NCBI RefSeq assembly: GCF_008933605.1
Contig: NZ_WBUS01000001.1
Location: 18,939 to 82,938, forward strand
DNA: 64,000 bases
Source: Albidovulum sp.
Lineage (GTDB): Bacteria; Pseudomonadota; Alphaproteobacteria; Rhodobacterales; Rhodobacteraceae
Reading direction: 5' to 3'
Part shown: positions 7,902 to 15,709 of the stretch, in pieces
Layout of the letters: the number at the start of each line of letters is the position of its first letter
How positions within the stretch are numbered: the first letter of the stretch is position 1
The notes under the pieces: model-generated
What the model was told of the DNA's origin: nothing
The model's input: only the letters and a program-made list of their open reading frames with translations
Database searches by the model: none
Made by a program: the position numbers and the translations under genes

Positions 7902-9103
7902 CACTGCCCGACGACCAGCTTGACGACCTCGCCCGAGGACTTCCCGGTGACGAAATCGGCCCAACGGTTCGTCAGGGCACGGCGCTGTTCCAAGAAGTCG
8001 GTTCGCAGGTAAGCCTTCACGACTGCGCTTCCAATCGAATGGGCGATGATAGTCTCCGCCACCTGATGCGGGGCGTCAGTGCAATCCGCCAGCCAGACAC
8101 GCAGGCTGCTCCGAAAACCGTGCGGCACGGCGTCAAGGCCGCGCGACTTCATCACCTTCCGCATTGTATTGTCGGAAATAACGGCTGATTTCTTCCCCGA
8201 ACTCGGAAAAAGGTAGCCGTTCCGCTCAAATGCTCGGGCCTGTTCGATGACGCGAAGGGCTTCCGGCGAGAGCGGCACGCGAAACTCGCGTGTTGTATCC
8301 AACCTTCCCTTCACCCCGTCTTCTGGAATGGTCCACACATCGCCGCTGATCTGGTCTTCTCTGATGAACCGGATCGGCTCGGACCTCATCCCGGTCAAGA
8401 TCAACAGGCGAAGCGCCAAGTGCGATATGCTTCCATCGTTCAAGCTCTGATAAAAGTCTGGAACCTCTTGCCACGACATGGCGGGGATGTGCTGCGCCTT
8501 GTGACGCCGCTTGCCCAGCAAAGCCTTCGCCTTGTCTGTCGCGTCGAGGTTCACATTCAGGTTCAACGCAGCGGCGTGCTTCAAGCAGATGCCGATGCGG
8601 TCCATCGCCTTGCGGGCTGTCTCCGCCTTCGTGTGCCAGATCGGGGCGAGGGTGTCGCGAATATCCATCTGGTCGATTTCAGAAACTGGCGTTTTACCCA
8701 GCTTCGGCAGCACATGAAGCTCAAGAGGGCTGAACCACCGCCTCGCTTTGCCATCCCGTTTCAGTTCGGCCTTGCGGCTTTCGAATGCATCGCGGGCAAC
8801 ATCCTCGAACAGGTGCAGGTTTCGAACGGCCTCCTTCCTCTGGCGTTCCCGGTCTTTGATCGGGTCAACGTTTTCGCGGCCCTTAGCGTTGGCCTCCTCT
8901 GCCTTCCGCCGCGCGTCCGCCAGTGAGACGCCGGGGTAAGGACCAAGACCCATTTCCCTCCGTCGCCCGTGAATGGTGAATCGCAGAACCCACTGACCGC
9001 CGCCGTCAGGACGCTTCACAAACCACAACCCGCCGCCGTCGCAATACTTGCCGGGCGCTGCCGCCGCGATACCCTTTGCCGTCAGCCTGTTCTTGGTTCG
9101 CAT
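7901..9103 (-). CDS. int: tyrosine-type site-specific integrase (P4-like, DUF4102-type N-terminal arm-binding domain)
   Basis: The N-terminus LTAKGIAAAAPGKYCDGGGLWFVKRPDGGGQWVLRFTIHGRRREMGLGPYPGVSLADARRKA is typical of P4/CP4-57 integrases. C-terminal catalytic-region residues include HGFRSS and IAHSIG...AYLR. Start chosen at ATG 9101-9103; the track uses TTG at 9115. Confidence 0.9.
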   Translation of the reverse strand: MRTKNRLTAKGIAAAAPGKYCDGGGLWFVKRPDGGGQWVLRFTIHGRRREMGLGPYPGVSLADARRKAEEANAKGRENVDPIKDRERQRKEAVRNLHLFEDVARDAFESRKAELKRDGKARRWFSPLELHVLPKLGKTPVSEIDQMDIRDTLAPIWHTKAETARKAMDRIGICLKHAAALNLNVNLDATDKAKALLGKRRHKAQHIPAMSWQEVPDFYQSLNDGSISHLALRLLILTGMRSEPIRFIREDQISGDVWTIPEDGVKGRLDTTREFRVPLSPEALRVIEQARAFERNGYLFPSSGKKSAVISDNTMRKVMKSRGLDAVPHGFRSSLRVWLADCTDAPHQVAETIIAHSIGSAVVKAYLRTDFLEQRRALTNRWADFVTGKSSGEVVKLVVGQ

Positions 9104-9114
9104 ATCGCTTCTCA

Positions 9115-9136
9115 ATCCACCCTTCTATCCACCTTT
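9115..9136. repeat. two direct copies of ATCCACC(C/T)TT in the integrase leader
   Basis: ATCCACCCTT at 9115-9124 and ATCCACCTTT at 9127-9136, 12 nt start to start, the same spacing as the pair at 3636-3657. They lie 12-33 nt upstream of the int ATG. Confidence 0.7.
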
Positions 9137-9137
9137 T

Positions 9138-9166
9138 ACGATACGCTCTTATGAAACCTTTTGAAA
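9138..9166 (-). promoter_or_regulatory. candidate sigma70-type promoter of the int operon
   Basis: On the minus strand, TTTCAA (rc of 9161-9166), a 17-nt spacer, then TATCGT (rc of 9138-9143). The -35 element overlaps one TGAAAC repeat. The match to consensus is weak. Confidence 0.3.
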
Positions 9167-9240
9167 CACAAAAACATCATATGAAACATGAAGATGCTTG
9201 TTTTCTTGGGGACTTGAAACCCTATGAAACCTAATGAAAT
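9151..9240. repeat. iteron-like array of six (A/T)TGAAA(C/T) motifs between the int promoter and attR
   Basis: Copies start at 9151, 9161, 9181, 9214, 9224 and 9234: ATGAAACC, TTGAAACA, ATGAAACA, TTGAAACC, ATGAAACC, ATGAAAT. Start-to-start spacings are 10, 20, 33, 10 and 10 nt. The segment is AT-rich. Confidence 0.75.
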
Positions 9241-9262
9241 TCGGTGCATTTTCGGTGCCCTG

Positions 9263-9278
9263 CCTCTCCTGGGCACCA
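9263..9278 (+). repeat. attR core: direct repeat of the tRNA-Leu 3' end
   Basis: cctctcctgggcacca is a 15/16 match to 3565-3580. Confidence 0.8.
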
Positions 9279-9280
9279 CA

Positions 9281-9321
9281 GGGCCGCCGGCATCCCGAGT
9301 GATGCGGCGGCCCTTGTCGTT
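9281..9321 (+). terminator. probable original (pre-integration) tRNA-Leu terminator hairpin
   Basis: gggccgccggcatc ... gatgcggcggccc forms a 13-bp stem with one bulge, followed by ttgtcgtt. It begins 3 nt after the attR copy of the tRNA end. Confidence 0.45.
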
Positions 9322-9779
9322 ACAGGGTCCGGCCCACAGATGCCTCTGCCGCAACAATCTGGCCGAAAACACCCGCTTCGTTGCCAAAACCCACCGAGGG
9401 ACTAGCCGAAAAAGACAAGTTCCAGAATCGCCGTCCGTTATGGTTCTCTACACGTGTAAGTGGTGGTCATTGTTAAGAATTCTACGTAAAGTATTTCCAG
9501 CGGATAGCATTTGTTTCCGGACTGACCCCCAATCGTCTCGGGTGGGCGATTGGGGGCAAGTCCGCGAAAGTCGCGCGGGCTGGGGGGCCCCGAGACCAGG
9601 AATGTTGAATCAGAGCGTGGTGGCAAGGTGCCGACGGCCGTCCGATGACCCGGGCGGCCGTTGCGCCTTTGCGCCGCCGGTCGTCGCCGTTCCGGCGTCG
9701 GCATTGAGCCCGGGCGGCAATTGGCCTAACTAGCAGGAAACCCGCGCGGGCAGCTGCCCGCCCGCCCCGCAGAGGCCCC

Positions 9780-10394
9780 ATGACGATACATCTTCACCAG
9801 CACGACCTGCCCGAGGGGCTCGATCTCGGCTCCGTTGTCGCAATCGACACGGAGACGATGGGACTCGATCCGCGGCGCGACCGGCTCTGCGTCGTGCAGC
9901 TTTCCGCGGGCGACGGGGATGCGCACCTTGTGCAGATTGCCAGAGGTCAGGCGAAGGCGCCCAACCTGACGCGGATGCTGGCGGACCCGCAGGTCCTGAA
10001 GCTCTTCCACTTCGGCCGCTTCGACATCGCTGCGCTCAGGGCTGCGTTCGGTGTGACCACGGCCCCGGTCTACTGCACCAAGATCGCCTCGAAGATGGTG
10101 CGCACCTTCACCGACCGGCACGGCCTCAAGTACCTCCTGCAGGAACTCCTGGGCGTCGATGTCTCGAAGCAGCAACAGACTTCCGACTGGGGCGCCGAGG
10201 CGTTGACCGAGGCGCAGCTCGACTACGCCGCCTCCGACGTGCTCTACCTTCACCGGCTCAAGGCCGAACTGGACGCCCGGCTGGAGCGCGAGGGACGCAC
10301 GGGCCTCGCGCAGGCCTGCTTCGACTTCCTGCCCGCGCGCGCCGAGCTCGACCTCATGGGGTGGGGCGACACGGCCGACATCTTTACCCATTGA
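9780..10394 (+). CDS. 3'-5' exonuclease, short RNase D-like (DEDD family)
   Basis: 204 aa. VVAIDTETMGLDPRRDRLCVVQL is an ExoI-type DxE motif, and YAASDVLYLHRL is an ExoIII-type motif. Confidence 0.8.
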   Translation: MTIHLHQHDLPEGLDLGSVVAIDTETMGLDPRRDRLCVVQLSAGDGDAHLVQIARGQAKAPNLTRMLADPQVLKLFHFGRFDIAALRAAFGVTTAPVYCTKIASKMVRTFTDRHGLKYLLQELLGVDVSKQQQTSDWGAEALTEAQLDYAASDVLYLHRLKAELDARLEREGRTGLAQACFDFLPARAELDLMGWGDTADIFTH

Positions 10395-10396
10395 CC

Positions 10397-11365
10397 ATGC
10401 CGGATCGCGCGACCCTCCTCGCCACCGCGCGCCGCGTCATCGCCACAGAGGCGCGTGGCCTCGCGGCACTTTCCGAAACGCTCGGCCCGAGCTTTGCCGA
10501 GGCGGTCGAAGTCATCCTGAAGGCCAAGGGCCGCGTCATCGTGTCGGGCATGGGCAAGTCCGGCCATGTCGGCCGCAAGATCGCCGCCACGCTCGCGTCC
10601 ACGGGGACGCCGGCGCAGTTCGTTCATCCGGCCGAAGCGAGCCACGGCGACCTCGGCATGGTGACCGAGGCGGACGTGGCCCTGGTGCTGTCCAACTCGG
10701 GCGAGACGCCCGAGCTTTCGGACATCCTCGCCCATACCCGCCGCTTCGCCATCCCGCTGATCGGCGTGGCCAGCCGGGCGGAGTCGACGCTGCTCAGGCA
10801 ATCGGACGTGGCGATCCTGCTGCCGGAGGCGGAGGAAGCCTGCGGGATCGGCATAGTCCCGACCACCTCCACCACGATGACGCTGGCGCTGGGCGATGCG
10901 CTGGCCGTGGCGCTGATGGAACACCGCCACTTCACGCCGGACCATTTCCGCACCTTCCATCCGGGCGGCAAGCTCGGGGCGAAGCTCCTCAAGGTCGCCG
11001 ATCTCATGCACGGGGGCGAGGCGCTGCCGCTGGTGGTCGAGGGAACGCCGATGGGTGAGGCGCTGGTCGAGATGAGCCGCAAGGGCTTCGGCGTGGTGGG
11101 TGTCACCGACGCGGCGGGCCGGCTGGTCGGCATCGTCACCGACGGCGACCTGCGCCGCCATCTGGCGGGCCTTCTCGACCGGACGGCGGGCGAGGTGATG
11201 ACGAAGGGTCCGCGCACCATCGCGCCCGACCAGGTCGCCGAAAGCGCCGTCGCGGTCATGCGGGACCGCAAGATCACCTGCCTCTTCGTCGTCGAACCCG
11301 CCGGCGACGGTCGCGCGGCCGGTATCCTTAACATCCACGACTGCCTGCGCGCAGGCGTCGTCTGA
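10397..11365 (+). CDS. kdsD: arabinose-5-phosphate isomerase (KpsF/GutQ family: SIS plus two CBS domains)
   Basis: The SIS motif VSGMGKSGHVGRKIAATLASTGTPA plus a CBS-like C-terminus. It sits upstream of lptCAB. Start chosen at ATG 10397. Confidence 0.88.
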   Translation: MPDRATLLATARRVIATEARGLAALSETLGPSFAEAVEVILKAKGRVIVSGMGKSGHVGRKIAATLASTGTPAQFVHPAEASHGDLGMVTEADVALVLSNSGETPELSDILAHTRRFAIPLIGVASRAESTLLRQSDVAILLPEAEEACGIGIVPTTSTTMTLALGDALAVALMEHRHFTPDHFRTFHPGGKLGAKLLKVADLMHGGEALPLVVEGTPMGEALVEMSRKGFGVVGVTDAAGRLVGIVTDGDLRRHLAGLLDRTAGEVMTKGPRTIAPDQVAESAVAVMRDRKITCLFVVEPAGDGRAAGILNIHDCLRAGVV

Positions 11366-11375
11366 GGGCGCGAGG

Positions 11376-11984
11376 GTGCGCGACAACATCCACTCGCGGG
11401 TGGTCTTCTGGCTGAAGATCATCCTGCCGCTGGTCGCGCTGGCGCTCCTCTCCACGCTCTTTCTCTTCTCGCGCCGGATCGACACCGAGGCCGCCCTTCC
11501 CTACGCCGAGGTGGATGTGGAGGACCTCGCCCGCAACCAGCGCCTAGCGGCCCCGGAATATGCCGGTGTGACCGAGGACGGCGCCGCCGTGACGGTCCGC
11601 GCCGCCGTGGCGAGGCCGGCGAGCGAGGGAGGTGCCGCAGTCGCCGACACGATCACCGCGCGCTATGAAACGCCGGACGGAATGGTGATCACGCTCTCCG
11701 CCGACGAAGGGTCGCTCGACGATGCTGCCGGGCGGCTGGTCCTTGCCGGCGCCGTGAAGATCGCGACCTCGACGGGCTATCACGTGACCGCGATGCGGCT
11801 TGACAGTGCCCTGGACCAGACAGAGCTTCATTCGGAAGGATCGGTGCGCGTCCTGGCGCCCTACGGAACGATTGACGCCGGACAGTTGGATATCCGCCAT
11901 GAGGATGCCGAAGTCCCGGGCTACGTGATGGTTTTCACCGGCGGCGTGAAGCTGGTATATGAGCCTGCGAAGAAGGACCCGTGA
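11376..11984 (+). CDS. lptC: LPS export system protein LptC
   Basis: 202 aa with an N-terminal membrane anchor ([23 protein letters not shown]). Positioned between kdsD and lptA. GTG start. Confidence 0.75.
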   Translation: MRDNIHSRVVFWLKIILPLVALALLSTLFLFSRRIDTEAALPYAEVDVEDLARNQRLAAPEYAGVTEDGAAVTVRAAVARPASEGGAAVADTITARYETPDGMVITLSADEGSLDDAAGRLVLAGAVKIATSTGYHVTAMRLDSALDQTELHSEGSVRVLAPYGTIDAGQLDIRHEDAEVPGYVMVFTGGVKLVYEPAKKDP

Positions 11985-12484
11985 TGACCCTTTCCCTCCC
12001 TGCCCTCGGTGTCGCGCTGGTTGTGGCCATGGCCGCGCCCGGGCTCGCCCGCGCGCAGGGAGCCGAGGTCGCCTTCGGCGGACTCAAGGCCGATACGTCG
12101 CTGCCCGTCGAGGTGACGGCAGATGTCCTCAGCGTCAACCAGACCGACGGGACTGCGATCTTCAGCGGCAACGTGCTGGTGATCCAGGGCGAGATGCGGC
12201 TTTCGGCGGACCGCGTGGAGGTCATCTACGGCAATGCCGAGCGGAGCCGCATCGAGCGGCTTCATGCCAGCGGCGAGGTGACGCTCGTCAGCGGCATGGA
12301 TGCGGCCGCGGCGGCCGACGCGGTCTATACCATCGAGTCGGGCGCCGTGGAGATGACAGGCGACGTGCTTCTGACGCAGGGCGCCAACACCATCGCCGGC
12401 GAGAAGCTCGTGGTCGATCTGACCAGCGGCACCGGCAAGATGGAAGGTCGCGTGAAGACCATCCTCCAGCCCGGGGGCAACTGA
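11984..12484 (+). CDS. lptA: LPS transport periplasmic protein LptA (OstA-like)
   Basis: Signal peptide [24 protein letters not shown] followed by an OstA-like beta-rich sequence. 1-nt overlaps with lptC and lptB. Confidence 0.8.
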   Translation: MTLSLPALGVALVVAMAAPGLARAQGAEVAFGGLKADTSLPVEVTADVLSVNQTDGTAIFSGNVLVIQGEMRLSADRVEVIYGNAERSRIERLHASGEVTLVSGMDAAAAADAVYTIESGAVEMTGDVLLTQGANTIAGEKLVVDLTSGTGKMEGRVKTILQPGGN

Positions 12485-13245
12485 TGGCACGCGCGCATGG
12501 ACTGACGGTGGCCGAGGGCGGCGCGGGCCTGAAGGTCCTGCACCTGCGCAAGAGCTATCGGCGCCGGCCGGTGATCCGCGACGTCTCGCTGGAACTCGCG
12601 CGGGGCGAGGTGGTGGCGCTCCTCGGGCCGAACGGCTCGGGCAAGACCACCTGTTTCTACAACATCGCCGGCCTCATCGCGCCGGACGCGGGCCAGGTTC
12701 TGATCGACGGGCGCGACGTGACGGGCCTGCCGATGTACCGCCGTGCACGTCTCGGCATCGGCTACCTGCCGCAAGAGGTATCCATCTTCCGCGGGCTTTC
12801 CGCCGAGGACAACATCCTCGCCGTGCTGGAGATCACCGAGCCGGATGTGCACAAGCGGCGCGAGCGGCTCGAGGAACTGCTGTCCGACTTCTCGATCACG
12901 CACCTGCGCCGCGCGCCGGCCCTGGCGCTCTCCGGCGGCGAGCGGCGCCGGGTGGAGATTGCGCGCTGTCTGGCGGCTAACCCGAAGTACCTCCTGCTCG
13001 ACGAGCCCTTCGCGGGGGTGGACCCGATCTCCGTCGGGGATATCCGCACGCTTGTCCACGATCTCAAGACGCGAGGAATCGGCGTTCTGATCACCGATCA
13101 CAATGTCCGCGAGACGCTGGAGATCGTGGATCGCGCCTATATCCTGCACGACGGCGTCGTTCTGATGAGCGGGACGGCCGAGGAGGTCGTGCGCGACGAG
13201 AACGTGCGGCGGGTCTATCTCGGCCAGAACTTCCGCATCCTCTGA
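12484..13245 (+). CDS. lptB: LPS export ABC transporter ATP-binding protein LptB
   Basis: Walker [10 protein letters not shown], signature LSGGERRR, Walker B LLLDEPF. Start at ATG 12484; the upstream part of the 428-aa track ORF overlaps lptA in another frame. Confidence 0.92.
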   Translation: MARAHGLTVAEGGAGLKVLHLRKSYRRRPVIRDVSLELARGEVVALLGPNGSGKTTCFYNIAGLIAPDAGQVLIDGRDVTGLPMYRRARLGIGYLPQEVSIFRGLSAEDNILAVLEITEPDVHKRRERLEELLSDFSITHLRRAPALALSGGERRRVEIARCLAANPKYLLLDEPFAGVDPISVGDIRTLVHDLKTRGIGVLITDHNVRETLEIVDRAYILHDGVVLMSGTAEEVVRDENVRRVYLGQNFRIL

Positions 13246-13256
13246 GGGGACGGGCG

Positions 13257-14516
13257 GTGGCGCCGAAATCCGGTCTCGGACTCGTCCAGCGCCAGGGGAT
13301 CTCACTGTCCGCGGGGATGCGGCAATCGCTTGCGCTTCTCAGGATGCCGACGCAGGCCGCAGCCGAGGCGATCACGCGGGAGGCCGAGGAAAACCCCTTC
13401 CTGGTGGTCGAGGCCGGCAGCGGCGGCAGCGGCAGCGCTTATGACTATGCGCTGAGCGTCACCGCCGCGCACGAGAGCCTTGGCGAAAGCCTGAGCCGGC
13501 AGATCGCCATGCAGCGGCTCGATCCGGCCACGGCGGCCGCGGCCAACTATCTGGTCACTGAACTGCGCGAGGACGGCTATCTCGACGTGTCGCTTTCGGA
13601 ACTTGTCGCCGGTACCGGCGCGCCGCTTGGCGTTCTGGAGGCGGGGTTGCGGGCGCTGCAGGCCTGCGAACCGGCGGGTGTCGGTGCGCGCGACCTGGCC
13701 GAATGCCTGGAACTGAAGCTCGTCGATGCCGGCATCGACCGGACACTCGCCCATGCGGCCACGCGGAGGCTCGACGATTTCGCCGAGGGCAGATGGGCGC
13801 GGCTTGCCCGCGACCTTGGCCAGCCGCAGCCGGCCCTGGAACGGATCGCCCTGCTGCTACGCAGCTTCGGCTCCGCCCCGGTACACGAGGAAGACGCCTG
13901 GGTGGACGTCCTCATCCCCGAGCTGGCGGTGGAGGTCGGGCCCCACGGCGGGATCACGGTCTCGCTCCTGCCGGGCGCGCTGCCCGCGGTTTCGGTGATG
14001 CCGGTGGCACGGGGGTCGCTCGACGGCGAAACGCTGCGGTCGTTTCACGAACGCGCCCGGCGGATGGCCGCTGCCGTGACCGCCCGGCGTGACACGCTCC
14101 TGATGATCGGGCGGCACATCGCCGAGGTCCAGTCCGCCTTCTTCCTCGGCGGGCAGGAGACGATCCACCCCGTCACGCGGGCCGAGGCGGCCGCATCGCT
14201 TGCCATGCATCCCTCGACCTTCGGCCGCGCAATCGCCGCCAAGGCGCTTCTTTGCGGCACCAAGGTCCACCCGCTCTCGCTCTTCTTCTCGCGGGCGCTG
14301 GCCGGGCGGGCGGGTGCAGTGTCGCCGTTCGATGTGCAGCGCCGCATCCGCGAGATGATTGATCAGGAATCTGCGGACGCCCCCCTTGCCGACGAAGGCC
14401 TTTGCGCCCAGCTCAACAAGGAGGGCGTTGACATCGCGCGCCGAACTGTCGCCAAATACCGCAAATGCATGCGCATACCGTCATCGTTCGGGCGAAAGCG
14501 CCGGAGGGCCACCTGA
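13257..14516 (+). CDS. rpoN: RNA polymerase sigma-54 factor
   Basis: 419 aa. The N-terminus LVQRQGISLSAGMRQSLALLRMP is a region I pattern, and the C-terminal ARRTVAKYR is the RpoN box. Synteny lptB-rpoN-hpf-ptsN. Confidence 0.9.
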   Translation: MAPKSGLGLVQRQGISLSAGMRQSLALLRMPTQAAAEAITREAEENPFLVVEAGSGGSGSAYDYALSVTAAHESLGESLSRQIAMQRLDPATAAAANYLVTELREDGYLDVSLSELVAGTGAPLGVLEAGLRALQACEPAGVGARDLAECLELKLVDAGIDRTLAHAATRRLDDFAEGRWARLARDLGQPQPALERIALLLRSFGSAPVHEEDAWVDVLIPELAVEVGPHGGITVSLLPGALPAVSVMPVARGSLDGETLRSFHERARRMAAAVTARRDTLLMIGRHIAEVQSAFFLGGQETIHPVTRAEAAASLAMHPSTFGRAIAAKALLCGTKVHPLSLFFSRALAGRAGAVSPFDVQRRIREMIDQESADAPLADEGLCAQLNKEGVDIARRTVAKYRKCMRIPSSFGRKRRRAT

Positions 14517-14632
14517 GGGTCCTTTCCGCCTTGCGATTTCGGGCCCGAGAGCAATCCCCGCAGCCGGACCCAGAGGCGAGCCGCCACGTGCGGCGCAAGG
14601 GCTGAAGCCGGCTTTCAACCTATGGAGGTGTC

Positions 14633-15208
14633 ATGCGTTACAAGATCAGTGGCCGGCAGATCGATGTGGGCGACGCCTTGCAGACTCATGTCAAGGCCGA
14701 GCTCGGGCAGACGGTCGAGAAGTATTCGCAGCGTCCCACCGACGCCACCGTCGTCTTTTCCCGCAACGCCTACGAATTCCTTTGCGAAGCGACGGTGCAT
14801 CTGTCCACCGGCCTTACCGCCTCGGCGAAGGGCGGGGCGACGGAGATCTATGCGGCCTTCGAAGCCTGCCGCGAAAAGATGGACAAGCAGTTACGCCGCT
14901 ACAAGCGGCGGCTGAAGGACCATCACCGCGAACGCAGCGAACCAGTTGAATTCGCGGGGGCACCCATGTATGTGCTCGCCGCGAACGAAGGACCTGAGGA
15001 ATCGGAGCCCGAGAGCCTGCAGCCGATCATCATTGCCGAGATGGAGACGAAGATTCCCTCGCTCTCGGTCGGTGAGGCGGTGATGCAGATGGAGCTTGCC
15101 GGCGCGCCCCTGCTCGTCTTTCGCAACGAGAAGAACGGCGGTGTGAACGTGGTTCACCGCCGGGACGATGGGAACGTGGGCTGGATCGATCCGTCGGCCA
15201 GCAGCTAG
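14633..15208 (+). CDS. hpf: ribosome hibernation-promoting factor (long HPF)
   Basis: 191 aa starting MRYKISGRQIDVGDALQTHV, with a GGAGG Shine-Dalgarno sequence upstream. Conserved position after rpoN. Confidence 0.9.
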   Translation: MRYKISGRQIDVGDALQTHVKAELGQTVEKYSQRPTDATVVFSRNAYEFLCEATVHLSTGLTASAKGGATEIYAAFEACREKMDKQLRRYKRRLKDHHRERSEPVEFAGAPMYVLAANEGPEESEPESLQPIIIAEMETKIPSLSVGEAVMQMELAGAPLLVFRNEKNGGVNVVHRRDDGNVGWIDPSASS

Positions 15209-15244
15209 GACGCCGGGACGACCGGCGCGGGAAAAAGTAGCGAT

Positions 15245-15709
15245 ATGGACCTCACAACTCTGCTCAAGCCGGCGGCTGTCCGGGTGCTCGGACATGCCAC
15301 CAGCAAGAAGAGGCTTTTCCAGGATCTTGCCGAGATCGCGCATTCCGTCTACGGGCTGAATGCGACCGAGACGATCGACGCGCTGCAGGAACGCGAAAGC
15401 CTTGGGCCGACCGGTGTCGGACACGGGGTCGCGCTGCCGCACGCCCGGATGCATGGTCTCGACCATGTCGCGGGCGTGTTCCTGCGGCTGGAAAAGCCGC
15501 TCGACTTCGACGCGGTGGACCGGCAGCCGGTGGACCTGGTCTTTGCGCTCTTCGCGCCCAAGGATTCCGGCGTCGACCACCTTAAGGCGCTGGCGCTGGT
15601 GTCGAGGACCCTGCGCGACCCGGGAACCTGCGCGAAGCTCAGGGCGAACACCGACCCGGCGGCGCTGCACGCCGTGCTTACCGAGGCGCGGTCGAGTCAG
15701 GCCGCCTGA
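15245..15709 (+). CDS. ptsN: PTS-Ntr enzyme IIA
   Basis: 154 aa. RESLGPTGVGHGVALPHAR contains the phosphorylatable His. Confidence 0.9.
   Translation: MDLTTLLKPAAVRVLGHATSKKRLFQDLAEIAHSVYGLNATETIDALQERESLGPTGVGHGVALPHARMHGLDHVAGVFLRLEKPLDFDAVDRQPVDLVFALFAPKDSGVDHLKALALVSRTLRDPGTCAKLRANTDPAALHAVLTEARSSQAA

Larger units (their letters stand above)
3565..9278. mobile_element. about 5.7 kb tRNA-Leu-targeting integrative element (P4-type integrase family) with an RT-like gene
   Basis: Flanked by 15/16 direct repeats of the tRNA 3' end. It encodes a tyrosine integrase and an AlpA-like protein. Hand-counted GC is 53% (4441-4500), 50% (4981-5040) and 57% (5881-5940), against 70% in flanking 10441-10500. 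Confidence 0.85.

Noticed and set aside
9151-9240. Possibility that the TGAAAC array is a small CRISPR array
   Set aside because: The units are only 7-8 nt with 2-25 nt between them, far below CRISPR repeat and spacer sizes. No cas genes are present. I noticed no CRISPR-like array elsewhere in the window.
11959-12483. N-terminal extension of the lptB reading frame (428-aa track ORF)
   Set aside because: It overlaps lptA in another frame and is Arg/Gly-rich. LptB homology begins at the ATG at 12484, which overlaps the lptA stop.
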